64,000 bases of DNA from Candidatus Sulfopaludibacter sp. (GCA_035551455.1 DASZMZ010000066.1:868-64867); one strand, 5' to 3'; numbered from the stretch's first letter, positions 1 to 10,652 are shown. The notes: generated from the letters alone by a model not told the origin. Made by a program: numbers and translations.

Positions 1-77
1 CGCTTTACGAGCGCCGGACCGGTCCTCGAAAAATCAAACTTCCGGCCGAAATCGCGCCGTATTCAGGCTGGAATCCC

Positions 78-1547
78 GTGCTGCCCGGTCAAAAGGCTGG
101 TCCGGAGCACGACCGCTTCGTCCGCTCGAGCGCGGAGGCTCCGCCGCTGCCCGCCACCGATCAAGCCATCGCCTTCGCGCCCGTGACGCAACTCTCGCAA
201 TGGCTTAAAACGCGCAAACTGACCAGCGAAAGGCTGACGGGAATCTATCTGGATCGGATCGGCCGGTTCGACCCCAAACTGCGCTGCGTCATCACGTTGA
301 TGCGCGATCAGGCTCTGGCACAGGCTCGCCAGGCCGACCAGGAGATTGGGGCGGGCAAGTATCGGGGACCTCTGCACGGCATCCCGTGGGGCGCCAAGGA
401 CCTGGTGGACACGGCGGGCGTGCGCACGACCTACGGCGCAGAGCCGTTTCGCGATCGCATACCGGCGGCCGATGCCGCGGTGGTGAGCCGCCTGAATCAG
501 GCCGGCGCCGTGCTGATCGCCAAGTTGAGCCTGGGCGCGCTGGCGCTCAACGATATCTGGTTCGGCGGACAGACGGTGAACCCCTGGCTGCTGGAGGAGG
601 GGGCTTCGGGGTCGAGCGCGGGTCCGGGGGCGGCGACGGCGGCGGGACTGGTGGGCTTCGCCATCGGCAGCGAGACAGGGGGCAGCATCGTGAGTCCTTC
701 GATGCGCTGCGGGGTGACGGGGCTGCGTCCTACGTATGGGCGCGTGCCGCGGACCGGCGCGATGACGCTTTGCTGGTCTCTGGACAAATTGGGGCCGATG
801 ACGCGCGGCGTGGAAGACGGACTGCTGGTGCTGCGCGAGATTTCCGGCCCCGATGCGGGCGACCTTTCGAGCGTGCCGAGCAGGCTGGATTTCGATGCCG
901 CGGCTCCGGTGCAAGGCTTGCGTGTGGGCTACTTTCCGAAATGGATGCAAGAGAGCCCGGCGACTCCGGTGGATCGCGCGGCGCTGGAGACGGTCAAGAA
1001 ATTGGGCATGGTTCCCGTGGAGGTCTCGCTACCCGATTGGCCTTACGATTCACTGGATCTGATTTTGTTTGCAGAAGCGGCGGCGGCTTTCGAGGAGTTG
1101 ACGTTGAGCGGCGGCGTCCGGCAGTTGAAGGCGCAGGTTCCGGACGCATGGCCGAACATCTTCCGGCAGGCGCGGTTCCTCTCGGCGGTGGACTTCGTGC
1201 AATGCGACCGGTTCCGCCGTCAGGTGGCGCTTGAGATGGCGCGAGTATTCTCGCAGGTGGATTTGCTGCTGGTGCCCTCGCTGCGCGACGAGATGCTGAC
1301 CATCAGCAATTTCACGGGCCATCCTTCGCTTACGTTGCGCGCCGGCTTCGTGGAGGTGTCGGAGGCGAGGAGCGACTGGGCGCCGGACCCGAAGAACCCA
1401 CTGCCGAAGTTTTCCCCGCCCCGCCGCGTGCCGCACGGCATCACGCTGATCGGCCGGCTGTTTGACGAAGGGACGATCGGGCGCGTGGGCGTGGCGATGG
1501 AGCAGGCGTTTGGGGTCGCGGGGGAGAGGCCGCCGGGCTTTGCATAA
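78..1547 (+). CDS. amidase (amidase-signature family, GatA-like)
   Basis: 489-aa ORF with the Gly/Ser-rich amidase signature GGSSAGPGAATAAGLVGFAIGSETGGSIVSPS and an upstream GAKD lysine. The first codon is GTG and the frame stays open to the window edge, so the true start is uncertain. Confidence 0.85.
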   Translation: MLPGQKAGPEHDRFVRSSAEAPPLPATDQAIAFAPVTQLSQWLKTRKLTSERLTGIYLDRIGRFDPKLRCVITLMRDQALAQARQADQEIGAGKYRGPLHGIPWGAKDLVDTAGVRTTYGAEPFRDRIPAADAAVVSRLNQAGAVLIAKLSLGALALNDIWFGGQTVNPWLLEEGASGSSAGPGAATAAGLVGFAIGSETGGSIVSPSMRCGVTGLRPTYGRVPRTGAMTLCWSLDKLGPMTRGVEDGLLVLREISGPDAGDLSSVPSRLDFDAAAPVQGLRVGYFPKWMQESPATPVDRAALETVKKLGMVPVEVSLPDWPYDSLDLILFAEAAAAFEELTLSGGVRQLKAQVPDAWPNIFRQARFLSAVDFVQCDRFRRQVALEMARVFSQVDLLLVPSLRDEMLTISNFTGHPSLTLRAGFVEVSEARSDWAPDPKNPLPKFSPPRRVPHGITLIGRLFDEGTIGRVGVAMEQAFGVAGERPPGFA

Positions 1548-1583
1548 CGCCGCTCGATTTGACAAAGCCGGGCGTCTCGTTGA

Positions 1584-2429
1584 ATGATATTTCGTACGAA
1601 AGCTCACAATATGAAAACCCAATTGACGAGACCCTTGCTGTTGCTGTTGACGGCGCCCATGATCATGACTGCCACCTCTGCACTCACCTATGTTTCAGCT
1701 ACGGGAGACGACAGTAACAATTGCGTCGTCCGTGCTATGCCCTGCAGGACGTTCAGTGGCGCCCTGGCAAAGACCACCTCGGGCGGAACGGTTTGGGTGG
1801 TGGATACGGGCGATTTCGGCGGGATTAACATCACTATGCCCGTAACGATAGATGGCGGCGCTTCTATGCCTTATGTGGACGGCGTCAACGTGAACACTGC
1901 CGGGGTGGTGATTGTGCGCAATTTGATGGTGGTCGGCAGCGGAGGCGGGTTGTTGATTTATGCCGATTCCGGAGCCAACCTGCGCCTCGAAAACGTCACG
2001 ATTTCCGGAACCCCGGGTTATGGGGTAGTTTGCCGCAATGGATCGACCTGCTCGCTCGACCGGGTGCGTATCCAGAATGCGGCGCAGAACGGAACGGGAG
2101 CGGGTGTGCTGGCATGGGGGTCAAAGGTGCTCGTCTCGAACTCTCAGATCACGAATTGCGAGGTCGGCGTCGGCACAATCGCTGGAGGCTTGGTACAACT
2201 GACGGGCAGCATCGTCCAGAACAATATCGTCGGCGTGTCCACCAACGGCTATGGCAACCTTTTCTCACTAACTCCGGGGACCATCCGCATGAATGGCAAT
2301 ACGATTACCGACAACACCATCGGACTGCACGTGGCGGGTACCGGAGCGGCGATCGTGTCGTTCGGCAACAATACGATATTCGGCAACACCACGAACGGCA
2401 ATCCGACTCTTGTAACCGTGACCAGGTAG
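1584..2429 (+). CDS. secreted right-handed parallel beta-helix repeat protein
   Basis: Signal-peptide-like N-terminus (MKTQLTRPLLLLLTAPMIMTATSA; alternative ATG at 1611) followed by repeated G-x-x-V/I-x-N turns typical of pectate-lyase-like beta-helices. GC is visibly lower than in the neighbours. Confidence 0.6.
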   Translation: MIFRTKAHNMKTQLTRPLLLLLTAPMIMTATSALTYVSATGDDSNNCVVRAMPCRTFSGALAKTTSGGTVWVVDTGDFGGINITMPVTIDGGASMPYVDGVNVNTAGVVIVRNLMVVGSGGGLLIYADSGANLRLENVTISGTPGYGVVCRNGSTCSLDRVRIQNAAQNGTGAGVLAWGSKVLVSNSQITNCEVGVGTIAGGLVQLTGSIVQNNIVGVSTNGYGNLFSLTPGTIRMNGNTITDNTIGLHVAGTGAAIVSFGNNTIFGNTTNGNPTLVTVTR

Positions 2430-2438
2430 GCATTTCAC

Positions 2439-2460
2439 GACGCGTGGGTTTCTTCGCGTC
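2439..2460 (+). terminator. weak hairpin after the beta-helix gene
   Basis: GACGCG (2439-2444) and CGCGTC (2455-2460) form a 6-bp stem with a 10-nt loop 10 nt after the stop. There is no clean T-tract. Confidence 0.25.
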
Positions 2461-2467
2461 CCATTAA

Positions 2468-3048
2468 ATCCGATCACCGGTTGGTTTCCCGTTATACCGA
2501 GACGGCCGGCAGAGAGCCGGTCACGACAGGGAATCGACTCATAGCGCCGCCCGCGCCAACAATCACGCTTCGATAATCAGAGCGGCGATACGGCGCAGCC
2601 TTACCGCCGCCCTGATTGCTGAAGACCTGGCCACCACGTTTTACTACAACGCGCTGGTCGGCCCGGTAATCACAGACTCCAATCTGGCGGGCACGGGCGG
2701 CACCGCACCATGACCGCATCCAACGGCAACGAAGGAAACGTCCAGTACCTGCGCGCGGCGCTCTCCGAGGAGATCGTGCACGCCAACCTGCTGCGCGCGC
2801 TCACCGGCGGCGCGTCGCCGGCGGGCGATCCAGTGCAGACGTTCTACTTGCCGGCCGCGGCTTTCTCGAATTTGGGCACTTTTCTTGCGGTGTTGAACGC
2901 GCTGGGTGGCGGCGTTGACGCCGTTCCTGGCGGCGGGCGCAGGCTTGTCGGCATACTCGCTCGCGACAGCGCTGGCGGGCGCTCCGGCGATCATCGTACC
3001 GGCTACGGGCGGACTCCCTCCCGCGCCCGCGCCTACTCGCGCTTCTGA
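2468..3048 (+). pseudogene. degraded ferritin-like-domain gene (fragments in at least 2-3 frames, no usable start)
   Basis: Frame 2 (2468-2712) reads ...LTAALIAEDLATTFYYNALVGPVITDSNLAGTGGTAP* with no ATG/GTG/TTG start. Frame 1 (2710-3048) continues ...NVQYLRAALSEEIVHANLLRAL...FYLPAAAFSNLGTFLAVLNAL and then turns into Arg/Gly junk, while a third frame reads AALTPFLAAGAGLSAYSLATALAG. The motifs resemble PF13668-type ferritin-like proteins. Confidence 0.35.
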
Positions 3049-3833
3049 ATCGCTTCCGCGGTGAGGAGGGCCTGCCGCATGACAGTATCGGGCATGCCGG
3101 GGACGGGGTGGGTGAAGCGTTGGACGTCTTCGAGGTCGGCGGGCTGACCCACGAGATATAGGCCGCGCAGGGCTTCCCAGACGTGATTCTTGTCCGCCGA
3201 GAGATCGGCAAGGGCGGCCCCGGGCTGCACGCGGGCGCCTTCGGATTGATCCAGGGAACGGACTTCGCCGGGCACCGGCGTGCGCACTTCTTCCCCATCG
3301 ACGTGGGCGATCATGGTCCCGGGATTCACGTAGTCGCCCAGCTTGAGACGGTACTTCAACGTTCCGGCGCGGGGAGCGGTGACAGTGTACGGACGCAGCA
3401 TGGCGGTCAATTCCGGCCGGGCGGTGGGGTCGCCATACGCCGCCAGGGCCAGCGCTGCGTTGCGGCGGACCATGGGCTCGGGGTCGCGGACCAGGCCCAG
3501 GAGGGCGGCGTGGAACGGGGGGTAGCCGGGCACCTGTCCCATGATCCAAGCGGCCGTCTGGCGAAGATCGAGGTTGGAACTGCGCGACTGCTCGATCACG
3601 TTGGGATACCACCGCGAGATATCGCGGTGATGCGTCACACGCTCGCCCAGTTGCACCAGGGCGTGCTGCGCATGGCGGGGCTTGGATTGATCGGCGAAAT
3701 ACTGATCGAGGTCGGAATCGGTCAGCTGGCGGCCGAACCAGGTGTAGTACCAGAAGAGAAACGGGAACAGGACTAGCGCCAGGGCGAACAGCGTGATGAG
3801 GAGGTAGGCTTTGCGACCGGGTCGGCTGCTCAT
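3033..3833 (-). CDS. membrane-anchored HEAT-repeat protein with a lipoyl/hybrid-barrel-like C-terminal segment
   Basis: Start taken at the internal ATG (MSSRPGRKAYLLITLFALALVLFPFLFWYY, a TM helix). HEAT/PBS-lyase-like repeat DPEPMVRRNAALALAAYGDPTARPEL. Lies 22 nt downstream of the preceding gene, so probably co-transcribed. Confidence 0.65.
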   Translation of the reverse strand: MSSRPGRKAYLLITLFALALVLFPFLFWYYTWFGRQLTDSDLDQYFADQSKPRHAQHALVQLGERVTHHRDISRWYPNVIEQSRSSNLDLRQTAAWIMGQVPGYPPFHAALLGLVRDPEPMVRRNAALALAAYGDPTARPELTAMLRPYTVTAPRAGTLKYRLKLGDYVNPGTMIAHVDGEEVRTPVPGEVRSLDQSEGARVQPGAALADLSADKNHVWEALRGLYLVGQPADLEDVQRFTHPVPGMPDTVMRQALLTAEAIQKRE

Positions 3834-3855
3834 GAGAGAACCAGCATACCGCGCC

Positions 3856-5508
3856 TTACTGCTGAAGGAGACTGGTATATGCGCGACGGGCCTCGGCGTC
3901 GTCCACACCCTGATAGGGATGCGCCAGGTAAAGGCCCAGGGCACGGCGTGCGCGCTCGCGATCTCCGGAGCGCATAAACAGGTCGCCGAGCGTGCGGGCG
4001 CAGAGGGAGAACTCCGGGTCGCGTTCGACGTGCAGGGTGCACTCCGCCTCCAGATGGAGCGCGATCTGGCTCTTATCGATTGGCGCCAGATCGGGGGGCG
4101 AATTGCGCAGGAAGACGAGCGACTGCGGATCCCGATACACCAGTTTCCACTGCGCCTCGTCAGGCTGCGCCAGTGCCAACACCAGCGGGTACAGCGCGCC
4201 GGAGTTGTACTCGAAGGAGTTGACGACGATGGCGCCGATGGCGTACCGCGACAAGGTCTGGTCGCGGCGCGCGTCGCCGGGAGGGGTGCCGAGAATCATG
4301 CGGTAATCCTGAAAAACGGATTCGCTCAGGGCGCGTCCGTCGATGAAGACGGGCTGGCCGGCCCAGATGAGATAGCCGCCGTATTCGTAGGTATTGAAGA
4401 GGTGCGCGGTGATGCGGTGGTCCCGCAGAAATTGCGCAGCGCCGGCCGGGTAGCGCCATTCGGCGGCGCGCAACTGGAAGAAGGAGCCTCGGACGCTGCC
4501 CCAGACGAGCGCAAGGAGCAGGGCTGCGGCGGCGGCGTAGGATGCGGCGACAGGAAGGCGGCGCTTCCAGGGAAAATAAGAGGCGATCAGGATGGGCGCG
4601 AGAAGCCCGACGAGCAGTTCGTTGCGGAAGGCCGTGACGGCCGCCGCGGCGAAGGCGGCGAACAGGAACCAATCGGCGGCGCGGACCCGCTTCCAGGAGG
4701 CGATGAGGCAGGCGGCAGCGGCATAGAGCAGCAGATCGAAGGCATAGGGCGAACCCCAAAGGTCGGCGCGCGCCCATTCGGTGAGGCTGGCCTGCAGGGC
4801 ACTCTGACGGTAGTTGAGGAGCGTGGGGATGACTGCGAATCCGTTGGGATTGAGTCCGGAGACGGCCACGGCGATGGCGCTGACCGTCACGAGGCGGCGG
4901 GCATCGGGCGCGCGGCGCAGCAGGGCTTCGGCGGCATAGGCGGCGCAGACGATCCAACCCAGAAAGAAGCCGCCGTGGCAGTTGGCCCAGAGCAGCAGGA
5001 GCGGCGGCAGGATCCAGAGATGCTTGCGATTTTCGAAGATCGCGATGAAGGCGGCGGTGAAGACGTAGCTGAGAATGCTGGGACGGTCGTGGGCGAACTC
5101 CGTGGCGAGGCTCGCCGTGGCGAGCGCGGCAGCGACGGCCCAGAGCCACGAGTCGGTACGCCATTTCGTCACTAGGCCCGTGAGAGAGCACAGCAAGGCC
5201 AGGAGGAAGGCCTTCCAGAACACTACGGCGCCGAAACCACCGGTGGTTTCGATGAGATACCAGGCGGCCTGCGCCAGCCATTCGTGAGTGAGGTTGAAGC
5301 GCCGCGTGCGGGCTTCGGCGGGGGAGGCGGGCGGGGAGAGGGCGGTGGTGTAAGCGAAGGGGTCGGGCACCGGCAGTTGGTGATGCGCGACGATGTAGCG
5401 TCCGGTGGCGAGGTGCCACCAGGCGTCAGGGTCGGACAGCTCGGTGGAGAACAGGCCGAGAAGAAAGAGAGCGGCGAGGGGGAGCAGGAAAAACTCAGGT
5501 TTCCGCAA
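3856..5508 (-). CDS. polytopic membrane protein (GT-C/ArnT-like architecture) with a TPR-like C-terminus
   Basis: More than 10 hydrophobic segments and the N-terminal motif DPDAWWHLATGRYIVAHHQLPVPDPFAYTT. The long ORF (to 5787) has an Arg-rich, non-protein-like N-terminus, so the start is placed at the TTG before RKPEFFLLPLAALFLL and remains uncertain. Confidence 0.6.
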   Translation of the reverse strand: MRKPEFFLLPLAALFLLGLFSTELSDPDAWWHLATGRYIVAHHQLPVPDPFAYTTALSPPASPAEARTRRFNLTHEWLAQAAWYLIETTGGFGAVVFWKAFLLALLCSLTGLVTKWRTDSWLWAVAAALATASLATEFAHDRPSILSYVFTAAFIAIFENRKHLWILPPLLLLWANCHGGFFLGWIVCAAYAAEALLRRAPDARRLVTVSAIAVAVSGLNPNGFAVIPTLLNYRQSALQASLTEWARADLWGSPYAFDLLLYAAAACLIASWKRVRAADWFLFAAFAAAAVTAFRNELLVGLLAPILIASYFPWKRRLPVAASYAAAAALLLALVWGSVRGSFFQLRAAEWRYPAGAAQFLRDHRITAHLFNTYEYGGYLIWAGQPVFIDGRALSESVFQDYRMILGTPPGDARRDQTLSRYAIGAIVVNSFEYNSGALYPLVLALAQPDEAQWKLVYRDPQSLVFLRNSPPDLAPIDKSQIALHLEAECTLHVERDPEFSLCARTLGDLFMRSGDRERARRALGLYLAHPYQGVDDAEARRAYTSLLQQ

Positions 5509-5552
5509 ACATGCAGGATAACATCCGACTCGCTGGGCGGCAGCGGCGAAGC

Positions 5553-6275
5553 TCAGTTTTCCAGCGGCACTTTTTCGATGTGATCGATGACTACGATGGA
5601 GACGGGCGCGGTCCGCTTTTCGAGGCGCAAACCGAGTTGCTCCTGAATGGCAAAGCTGACGACCGGGTGGGCCTGTGTATCGGTGATGCCTTTGGCGGAC
5701 TCCTTGGAATAGCGGAGCGTGAAATCGTAGGCGCCTTTGAGGTTGGTCATATCGAGGACGGGACGCTGGACCTCGCGGGAGAGCCACTCGGCAACGGCTT
5801 CCATGCGGACCTTGTCGGCCTTCAATTCGCCTCCACCCTCATTACTGGTGCTGCCCATGCCGGAGGGTCCGGCTTCGACCGGCTTCAGCTTGAATCCACC
5901 CTTGGCGACCAGAAGCGCAAAGCAGGGGAGGTCGCGCTTTTCCAGGTGGCTTTCCAGTTTGAACCGCTGGACGAGCAGGCTCTTGAGCAGAGGCATCAGC
6001 TTTTCGTCGTCCCCGGTGCCGAGCGGCGCCTTGGCGACGATGTCGAAACGTTCGGATTTCAGCCAGTCCGGACCGCTGAGCTGGTAATCCTTAATTTCGA
6101 AGGCGGCCACGAGGATGTCGCGGAGCGTTACGTTCTTGGTTTCTACGTTGTCCTGGCGGGTATTGAAAGTCGAGTTCAAATCGACGGAGTGGCTGGGCTT
6201 GACGGAAGCGGCCTCAAAGACCGGCTGGGCGGACGCAACCGGCAGGCAGAGGAGTAGCAGGAGCGCGAGTCGCAT
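5553..6275 (-). CDS. TIGR03435-family (Solibacter/Acidobacteria uncharacterised, DUF3738-like) exported protein
   Basis: Signal peptide MRLALLLLLCLPVASAQ followed by the family hallmark FEAASVKPS....NVTLRDIL..AF....QLSGPDWL.SERFDIVAK. Confidence 0.85.
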   Translation of the reverse strand: MRLALLLLLCLPVASAQPVFEAASVKPSHSVDLNSTFNTRQDNVETKNVTLRDILVAAFEIKDYQLSGPDWLKSERFDIVAKAPLGTGDDEKLMPLLKSLLVQRFKLESHLEKRDLPCFALLVAKGGFKLKPVEAGPSGMGSTSNEGGGELKADKVRMEAVAEWLSREVQRPVLDMTNLKGAYDFTLRYSKESAKGITDTQAHPVVSFAIQEQLGLRLEKRTAPVSIVVIDHIEKVPLEN

Positions 6276-6280
6276 AAACG

Positions 6281-6320
6281 AAAAAAGCCGGAGCGGCCCT
6301 TGCGAGCGGCTCCGGCTTTT
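6281..6320 (-). terminator. intrinsic terminator after rpoC
   Basis: On the minus strand, GCCGGAGC...GCTCCGGC forms a GC-rich stem followed by TTTTTT, 13 nt after the rpoC stop. An A-tract on the other side makes it potentially bidirectional. Confidence 0.8.
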
Positions 6321-6332
6321 GATTGTACTCGA

Positions 6333-9300
6333 TTACTCGGCGAGTGTTTCTTCGCCGGTATCTTCGGCGAGACCGCCGGCGTACTGCAGCCGCGTCTCTT
6401 CGTCGTAACCGGGGATGGCGTCGAGCGCCGGCTCTGCCACCGGCTCCTCCACCACATCCTCACCCGCAATCTTCACCTGGCGGTAATACTCCATGCCGGT
6501 ACCGGCAGGAACCAGGCGTCCCATGATGACGTTCTCCTTCAGACCGCGCAGGTAATCGATCTTACCGTTGATCGCGGCTTCGGTGAGGACGCGCGTGGTT
6601 TCCTGGAAGGACGCCGCGGAGATGAACGAATCGGTAGAGAGCGAAGCCTTGGTGATACCCATGAGCTTGGCCTTGCCCTGCGCCGGACGTCCGCCCGCAT
6701 CGAGCGTTTTGTTGTTCTCCGCGCGGAACTTGAATTTATCGACGATCTCCTGCGGCAGGAACTCGGTATCGCCGATATCTTCCACTTCCACCCAGCGCAT
6801 CATCTGGCGCGAGATGGTTTCCAGGTGCTTATCGTTGATGTTGACGCCCTGCAACCGGTAGACTTCCTGAATCTCGTTGACCAGGTACTTCTGCAGTTCC
6901 TTTTCACCGAGGACAGCCAGGATGTCGTGCGGGTCGCGCGGACCGTCCATGAGAGGCTCGCCGGCTTTCACCTTTTCGCCTTCCTGGACTTTGATGTGTA
7001 CGCCGCGAGGCAGGGAGTATTCACGCTTCTCTCCGTCTTCGCCTTCGACGTAGATCTTGCGCTGGCCCTTGCTCACTTCGCCATACTTTACGGTTCCGTT
7101 GATCTCCGCCATGATGGCCGTCTCACGCGGCTTGCGCGCTTCGAACAGTTCCACCACACGCGGCAGACCGCCGGTGATGTCTTTGGTCTTGGTGGTTTCC
7201 CGCGGAATCTTCGCGAGAACGTCGCCGGCGTGCACCTCTTCCCCGTCATGCACCATCAGGTGGGCATGGGTGGGCATGAGGTACTTCTTGCGCTCGCCGC
7301 GCGGACCGGGCGTGCTGCCCTCCGGCCGGACTTCAATCTGCGGCTGCCGCTTTTCGTCGGGCGAATCGGCCACAACGAGCTGCGACATGCCGGTGACTTC
7401 GTCCACGCGCTCCTGCATGGTCAAGCCGTCGATGAGATCCTTGAAGTGGATGACGCCGCTGACTTCGGTCAGGATCGAGAACGTGTACGGATCCCATTCG
7501 AGCAGGATCTGATTGGCCTTGACGGGGGACCCTTCTTCTACCAGGATGCGCGCGCCGTACACGACGTCGTAGCGCTCCTTTTCGCGGCCCTTATCGTCGA
7601 CAACGACGATCTTGGCATTGCGATTCATGGCAATGAGTTCGCCGGCCTTGCTGCGGACGGTCTGGATGCCGATGTAGCGGGCGAAACCGTCGCTCTTGGC
7701 GTCCTGCGTGGACTGTTCACTGATTCGCGATGCCGTACCACCGATGTGGAACGTACGCATGGTGAGCTGGGTTCCAGGTTCGCCGATGGACTGCGCCGCG
7801 ATTACGCCGACCGCTTCGCCGCGTTCCACCAGACGTCCGGTGGCCAGGTTGCGGCCGTAGCAGGCGACGCAAACGCCGCGCTTGGACTCGCAGGTGAGCA
7901 CCGAGCGAATCTTGACGCGCTCGATACCGGCAGCCTGAATGGCCGCCGCCAGGTCTTCGGTGATTTCCTGGTTGACGCCCACGATGACGTTGCCCTCGTA
8001 ATCCTTCTGATCTTCGAGTGCCACGCGGCCCACAATGCGGTCGCGCAACGGCTCGATGGTCTCGCCGGATTCGATGATGGGTTCGACGTAAATGCCTTCG
8101 CCGGTGCCGCAGTCGTTTTCGGTGACGATCACGTCCTGCGCCACGTCCACCAGACGACGCGTGAGGTAGCCCGAATCGGCCGTCTTCAATGCCGTATCGG
8201 CCAAACCCTTACGGGCGCCGTGAGTGGAAATGAAGTACTGCAACACGTCCAGACCTTCGCGGAAATTGGCCGTGATGGGCGTTTCGATAATTTCGCCGCT
8301 GGGCTTGGCCATCAGTCCGCGCATACCGGAGAGCTGGCGAATCTGCTGTTTCGATCCGCGGGCGCCGGAGTCGGCCATGATGTAAATGGGATTGATGTAA
8401 CGGCCGGTGCGGTCGTCCTCTTCCATGGCCTGGAACATTTCATCGGAAACCTTTTCCGTTACCTTGGACCAGATTTCGATGATCTTGTTGTAGCGTTCGC
8501 CGTGGGTGATGGCGCCGTCCTGATACTGGCTTTCCACATCCACCACTTCTTTTTCGGCGGCGCGCACAAGGCCGGCCTTTTCGTTCGGCACCACCATGTC
8601 GTCGATGCCGATGGAGATGCCGGCGCGGGTGGCGTACAGGAAGCCCAGGTTCTTCACTTCGTCCAGCATCTGGACGGTGACGTGAAGGCCGAACTTCAGG
8701 TAGCAGTACTGGACGAGCTGCCCCAGGCCCTTCTTCTTCAGAAGGCCGTTGATAAAGGGCATGTCCTGCGGCAGGCTGTCGTTCAAAATCACGCGGCCGA
8801 CCGTGGTTTCCATGTACTGCTTCACGAACTCGATGGGCTCGGTATGCAGAATGTTCTGGGTATCGAAGGCATGCACCAAATCGATCACGCGACCGGTATA
8901 GCGCAGCTTGATGGGAGTCAGCGTTTCGACTTCTCCCATTTCGAGGGCGATCAGAACATCGTCTGTAGAAGCGAAAGTGCGGCCTTCACCCTTGGCGCCG
9001 GGACGCGCCTTGGTGAGGTAATAGCAACCGAGCACCATGTCCTGTGTGGGGATGGTGATCGGGCCGCCGTGCGCCGGCGACAGAATGTTGTTCGACGCCA
9101 GCATCAGGGTCGAAGCTTCGATCTGCGCTTCCGGAGAGAGCGGGATGTGAACGGCCATCTGGTCGCCGTCGAAATCGGCGTTGAAGGCGGTGCAGACCAG
9201 CGGGTGAATCTTGATCGCCTTGCCTTCCACCAGGACGGGCTCGAAGGCCTGAATGCCGAGGCGGTGCAGCGTGGGAGCGCGGTTGAGCAGAATGGGATGG

Positions 9301-10550
9301 TCCTTGATGACCTCTTCCAGAATGTCCCAAACCACCGGGTCCTGCTGCTCCACCAGTTCCTTGGCCTGCTTGATGGTGGTGCAATGGCCGCGCTGTTCGA
9401 GGCGGTGATAAATGAAGGGCTTGAACAGTTCGAGCGCCATCTTCTTGGGAAGACCGCACTGGTTCAGCTTGAGATCGGGACCGACCACGATGACCGAACG
9501 GCCGGAGTAGTCGACGCGTTTACCTAGCAGGTTCTGGCGGAAACGGCCCTGCTTGCCTTTGAGCGTATCGGAGAGCGACTTGAGCGGGCGATTGTTGGCG
9601 CCGCGCAGAACGCGTCCGCGGCGGCCGTTATCGAAGAGCGCGTCCACGGCTTCCTGCAACATGCGCTTTTCATTGCGGACAATGACGTCCGGCGCGTGCA
9701 GTTCGATCAACTTCTTCAACCGGTTGTTGCGGTTGATGACGCGGCGGTACAGGTCGTTCAAATCGCTGGTGGCGAAACGGCCGCCATCCAGCGGCACCAG
9801 GGGACGAAGTTCCGGCGGAATGACGGGGATGACATCCAGAATCATCCACTCGGGCTTGTTGCCGCTCTTGCGGAAGCTTTCCACCACGCGCAGGCGCTTG
9901 GCGAATTTCAACTTCTTCTGGACGCTCTGCTCGGTCTTCATGCGCTCGCGAATCTCTTCGCTCAACGCTTCGACATCGACCTTCTTGAGCAGTTCCTTGA
10001 TACCCTCGGCGCCCATCATCGCGATGAACTTGCCGGGGAATTCCTGGTCCAGGGCGCGCTTCTTTTCGTCGGTGATGACTTCACCCTGGCTCAGCGCTTC
10101 CACTTCGCCCGGATCGACAATCACATACGCTTCGAAGTACAACACCCGCTCCAGTTCGCGGAGCGTGATATCCAAAAGGTGGCCGATGCGGCTGGGCAGA
10201 CCCTTGAAGAACCAGACATGCGAGCAGGGGCTGGCCAGTTCGATATGGCCCAGGCGTTCGCGGCGAACGCGCGCCAGGGTCACTTCCACGCCGCACTTAT
10301 CGCAAATGACGCCGCGGTGTTTCATGCGCTTGTACTTGCCGCACAAGCACTCCCAATCCTGGGTGGGTCCGAAAATACGCGCGCAGAACAGTCCGTCGCG
10401 CTCTGGTTTAAAAGTCCGGTAATTGATCGTCTCCGGCTTGGTGACTTCGCCGTGGGACCAACTCCGGATCTTTTCCGGAGAAGCCAGAGAAATGCGGATG
10501 GAATCAAAATCCGCGATTAAATTTGCACGATCGTAAGGTGAGGATCTCAA
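6333..10550 (-). CDS. rpoC: DNA-directed RNA polymerase subunit beta'
   Basis: 1405 aa with the N-terminal Zn finger [23 protein letters not shown], the catalytic NADFDGD motif, and trigger loop and bridge helix regions. Confidence 0.99.
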   Translation of the reverse strand: MRSSPYDRANLIADFDSIRISLASPEKIRSWSHGEVTKPETINYRTFKPERDGLFCARIFGPTQDWECLCGKYKRMKHRGVICDKCGVEVTLARVRRERLGHIELASPCSHVWFFKGLPSRIGHLLDITLRELERVLYFEAYVIVDPGEVEALSQGEVITDEKKRALDQEFPGKFIAMMGAEGIKELLKKVDVEALSEEIRERMKTEQSVQKKLKFAKRLRVVESFRKSGNKPEWMILDVIPVIPPELRPLVPLDGGRFATSDLNDLYRRVINRNNRLKKLIELHAPDVIVRNEKRMLQEAVDALFDNGRRGRVLRGANNRPLKSLSDTLKGKQGRFRQNLLGKRVDYSGRSVIVVGPDLKLNQCGLPKKMALELFKPFIYHRLEQRGHCTTIKQAKELVEQQDPVVWDILEEVIKDHPILLNRAPTLHRLGIQAFEPVLVEGKAIKIHPLVCTAFNADFDGDQMAVHIPLSPEAQIEASTLMLASNNILSPAHGGPITIPTQDMVLGCYYLTKARPGAKGEGRTFASTDDVLIALEMGEVETLTPIKLRYTGRVIDLVHAFDTQNILHTEPIEFVKQYMETTVGRVILNDSLPQDMPFINGLLKKKGLGQLVQYCYLKFGLHVTVQMLDEVKNLGFLYATRAGISIGIDDMVVPNEKAGLVRAAEKEVVDVESQYQDGAITHGERYNKIIEIWSKVTEKVSDEMFQAMEEDDRTGRYINPIYIMADSGARGSKQQIRQLSGMRGLMAKPSGEIIETPITANFREGLDVLQYFISTHGARKGLADTALKTADSGYLTRRLVDVAQDVIVTENDCGTGEGIYVEPIIESGETIEPLRDRIVGRVALEDQKDYEGNVIVGVNQEITEDLAAAIQAAGIERVKIRSVLTCESKRGVCVACYGRNLATGRLVERGEAVGVIAAQSIGEPGTQLTMRTFHIGGTASRISEQSTQDAKSDGFARYIGIQTVRSKAGELIAMNRNAKIVVVDDKGREKERYDVVYGARILVEEGSPVKANQILLEWDPYTFSILTEVSGVIHFKDLIDGLTMQERVDEVTGMSQLVVADSPDEKRQPQIEVRPEGSTPGPRGERKKYLMPTHAHLMVHDGEEVHAGDVLAKIPRETTKTKDITGGLPRVVELFEARKPRETAIMAEINGTVKYGEVSKGQRKIYVEGEDGEKREYSLPRGVHIKVQEGEKVKAGEPLMDGPRDPHDILAVLGEKELQKYLVNEIQEVYRLQGVNINDKHLETISRQMMRWVEVEDIGDTEFLPQEIVDKFKFRAENNKTLDAGGRPAQGKAKLMGITKASLSTDSFISAASFQETTRVLTEAAINGKIDYLRGLKENVIMGRLVPAGTGMEYYRQVKIAGEDVVEEPVAEPALDAIPGYDEETRLQYAGGLAEDTGEETLAE

Positions 10551-10579
10551 AATAAGCCTCCAGTTCCTAAAAACATTTC

Positions 10580-10641
10580 ACCGCCGAGGCGCCGAGACAC
10601 CGAGAAAACATTCTTCCTCAGCGCCTCTGCGTCTCGGCGGT
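10580..10641 (-). promoter_or_regulatory. imperfect long hairpin in the rpoB-rpoC spacer
   Basis: ACCGCCGAGGCGC (10580-10592) pairs with GCGCCT...CTCGGCGGT (10621-10641), filling most of the 102-nt spacer. Possible processing or pause structure. Confidence 0.35.
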
Positions 10642-10652
10642 TCATCCAATGC

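Noticed and set aside
2644-3612. 322-aa minus-strand ORF rich in Arg/Pro
   Set aside because: Its composition is not protein-like. It overlaps, in another frame, the well-supported HEAT-repeat gene (3033-3833) and the ferritin-like remnant.
6300-9527. 1075-aa plus-strand ORF, with similar very long ORFs at 12126-14720, 3811-5175, 17189-18547, 31858-33579, 43553-45019, 53670-55691 and 61447-63303
   Set aside because: All lie antisense to genes with unmistakable products (rpoC, rpoB, the membrane protein, S51 peptidase, VWA, BNR, PQQ dehydrogenase, S9 peptidase). They have Arg/Gly/His/Ala-rich, motif-free translations typical of stop-poor shadow frames in high-GC DNA.
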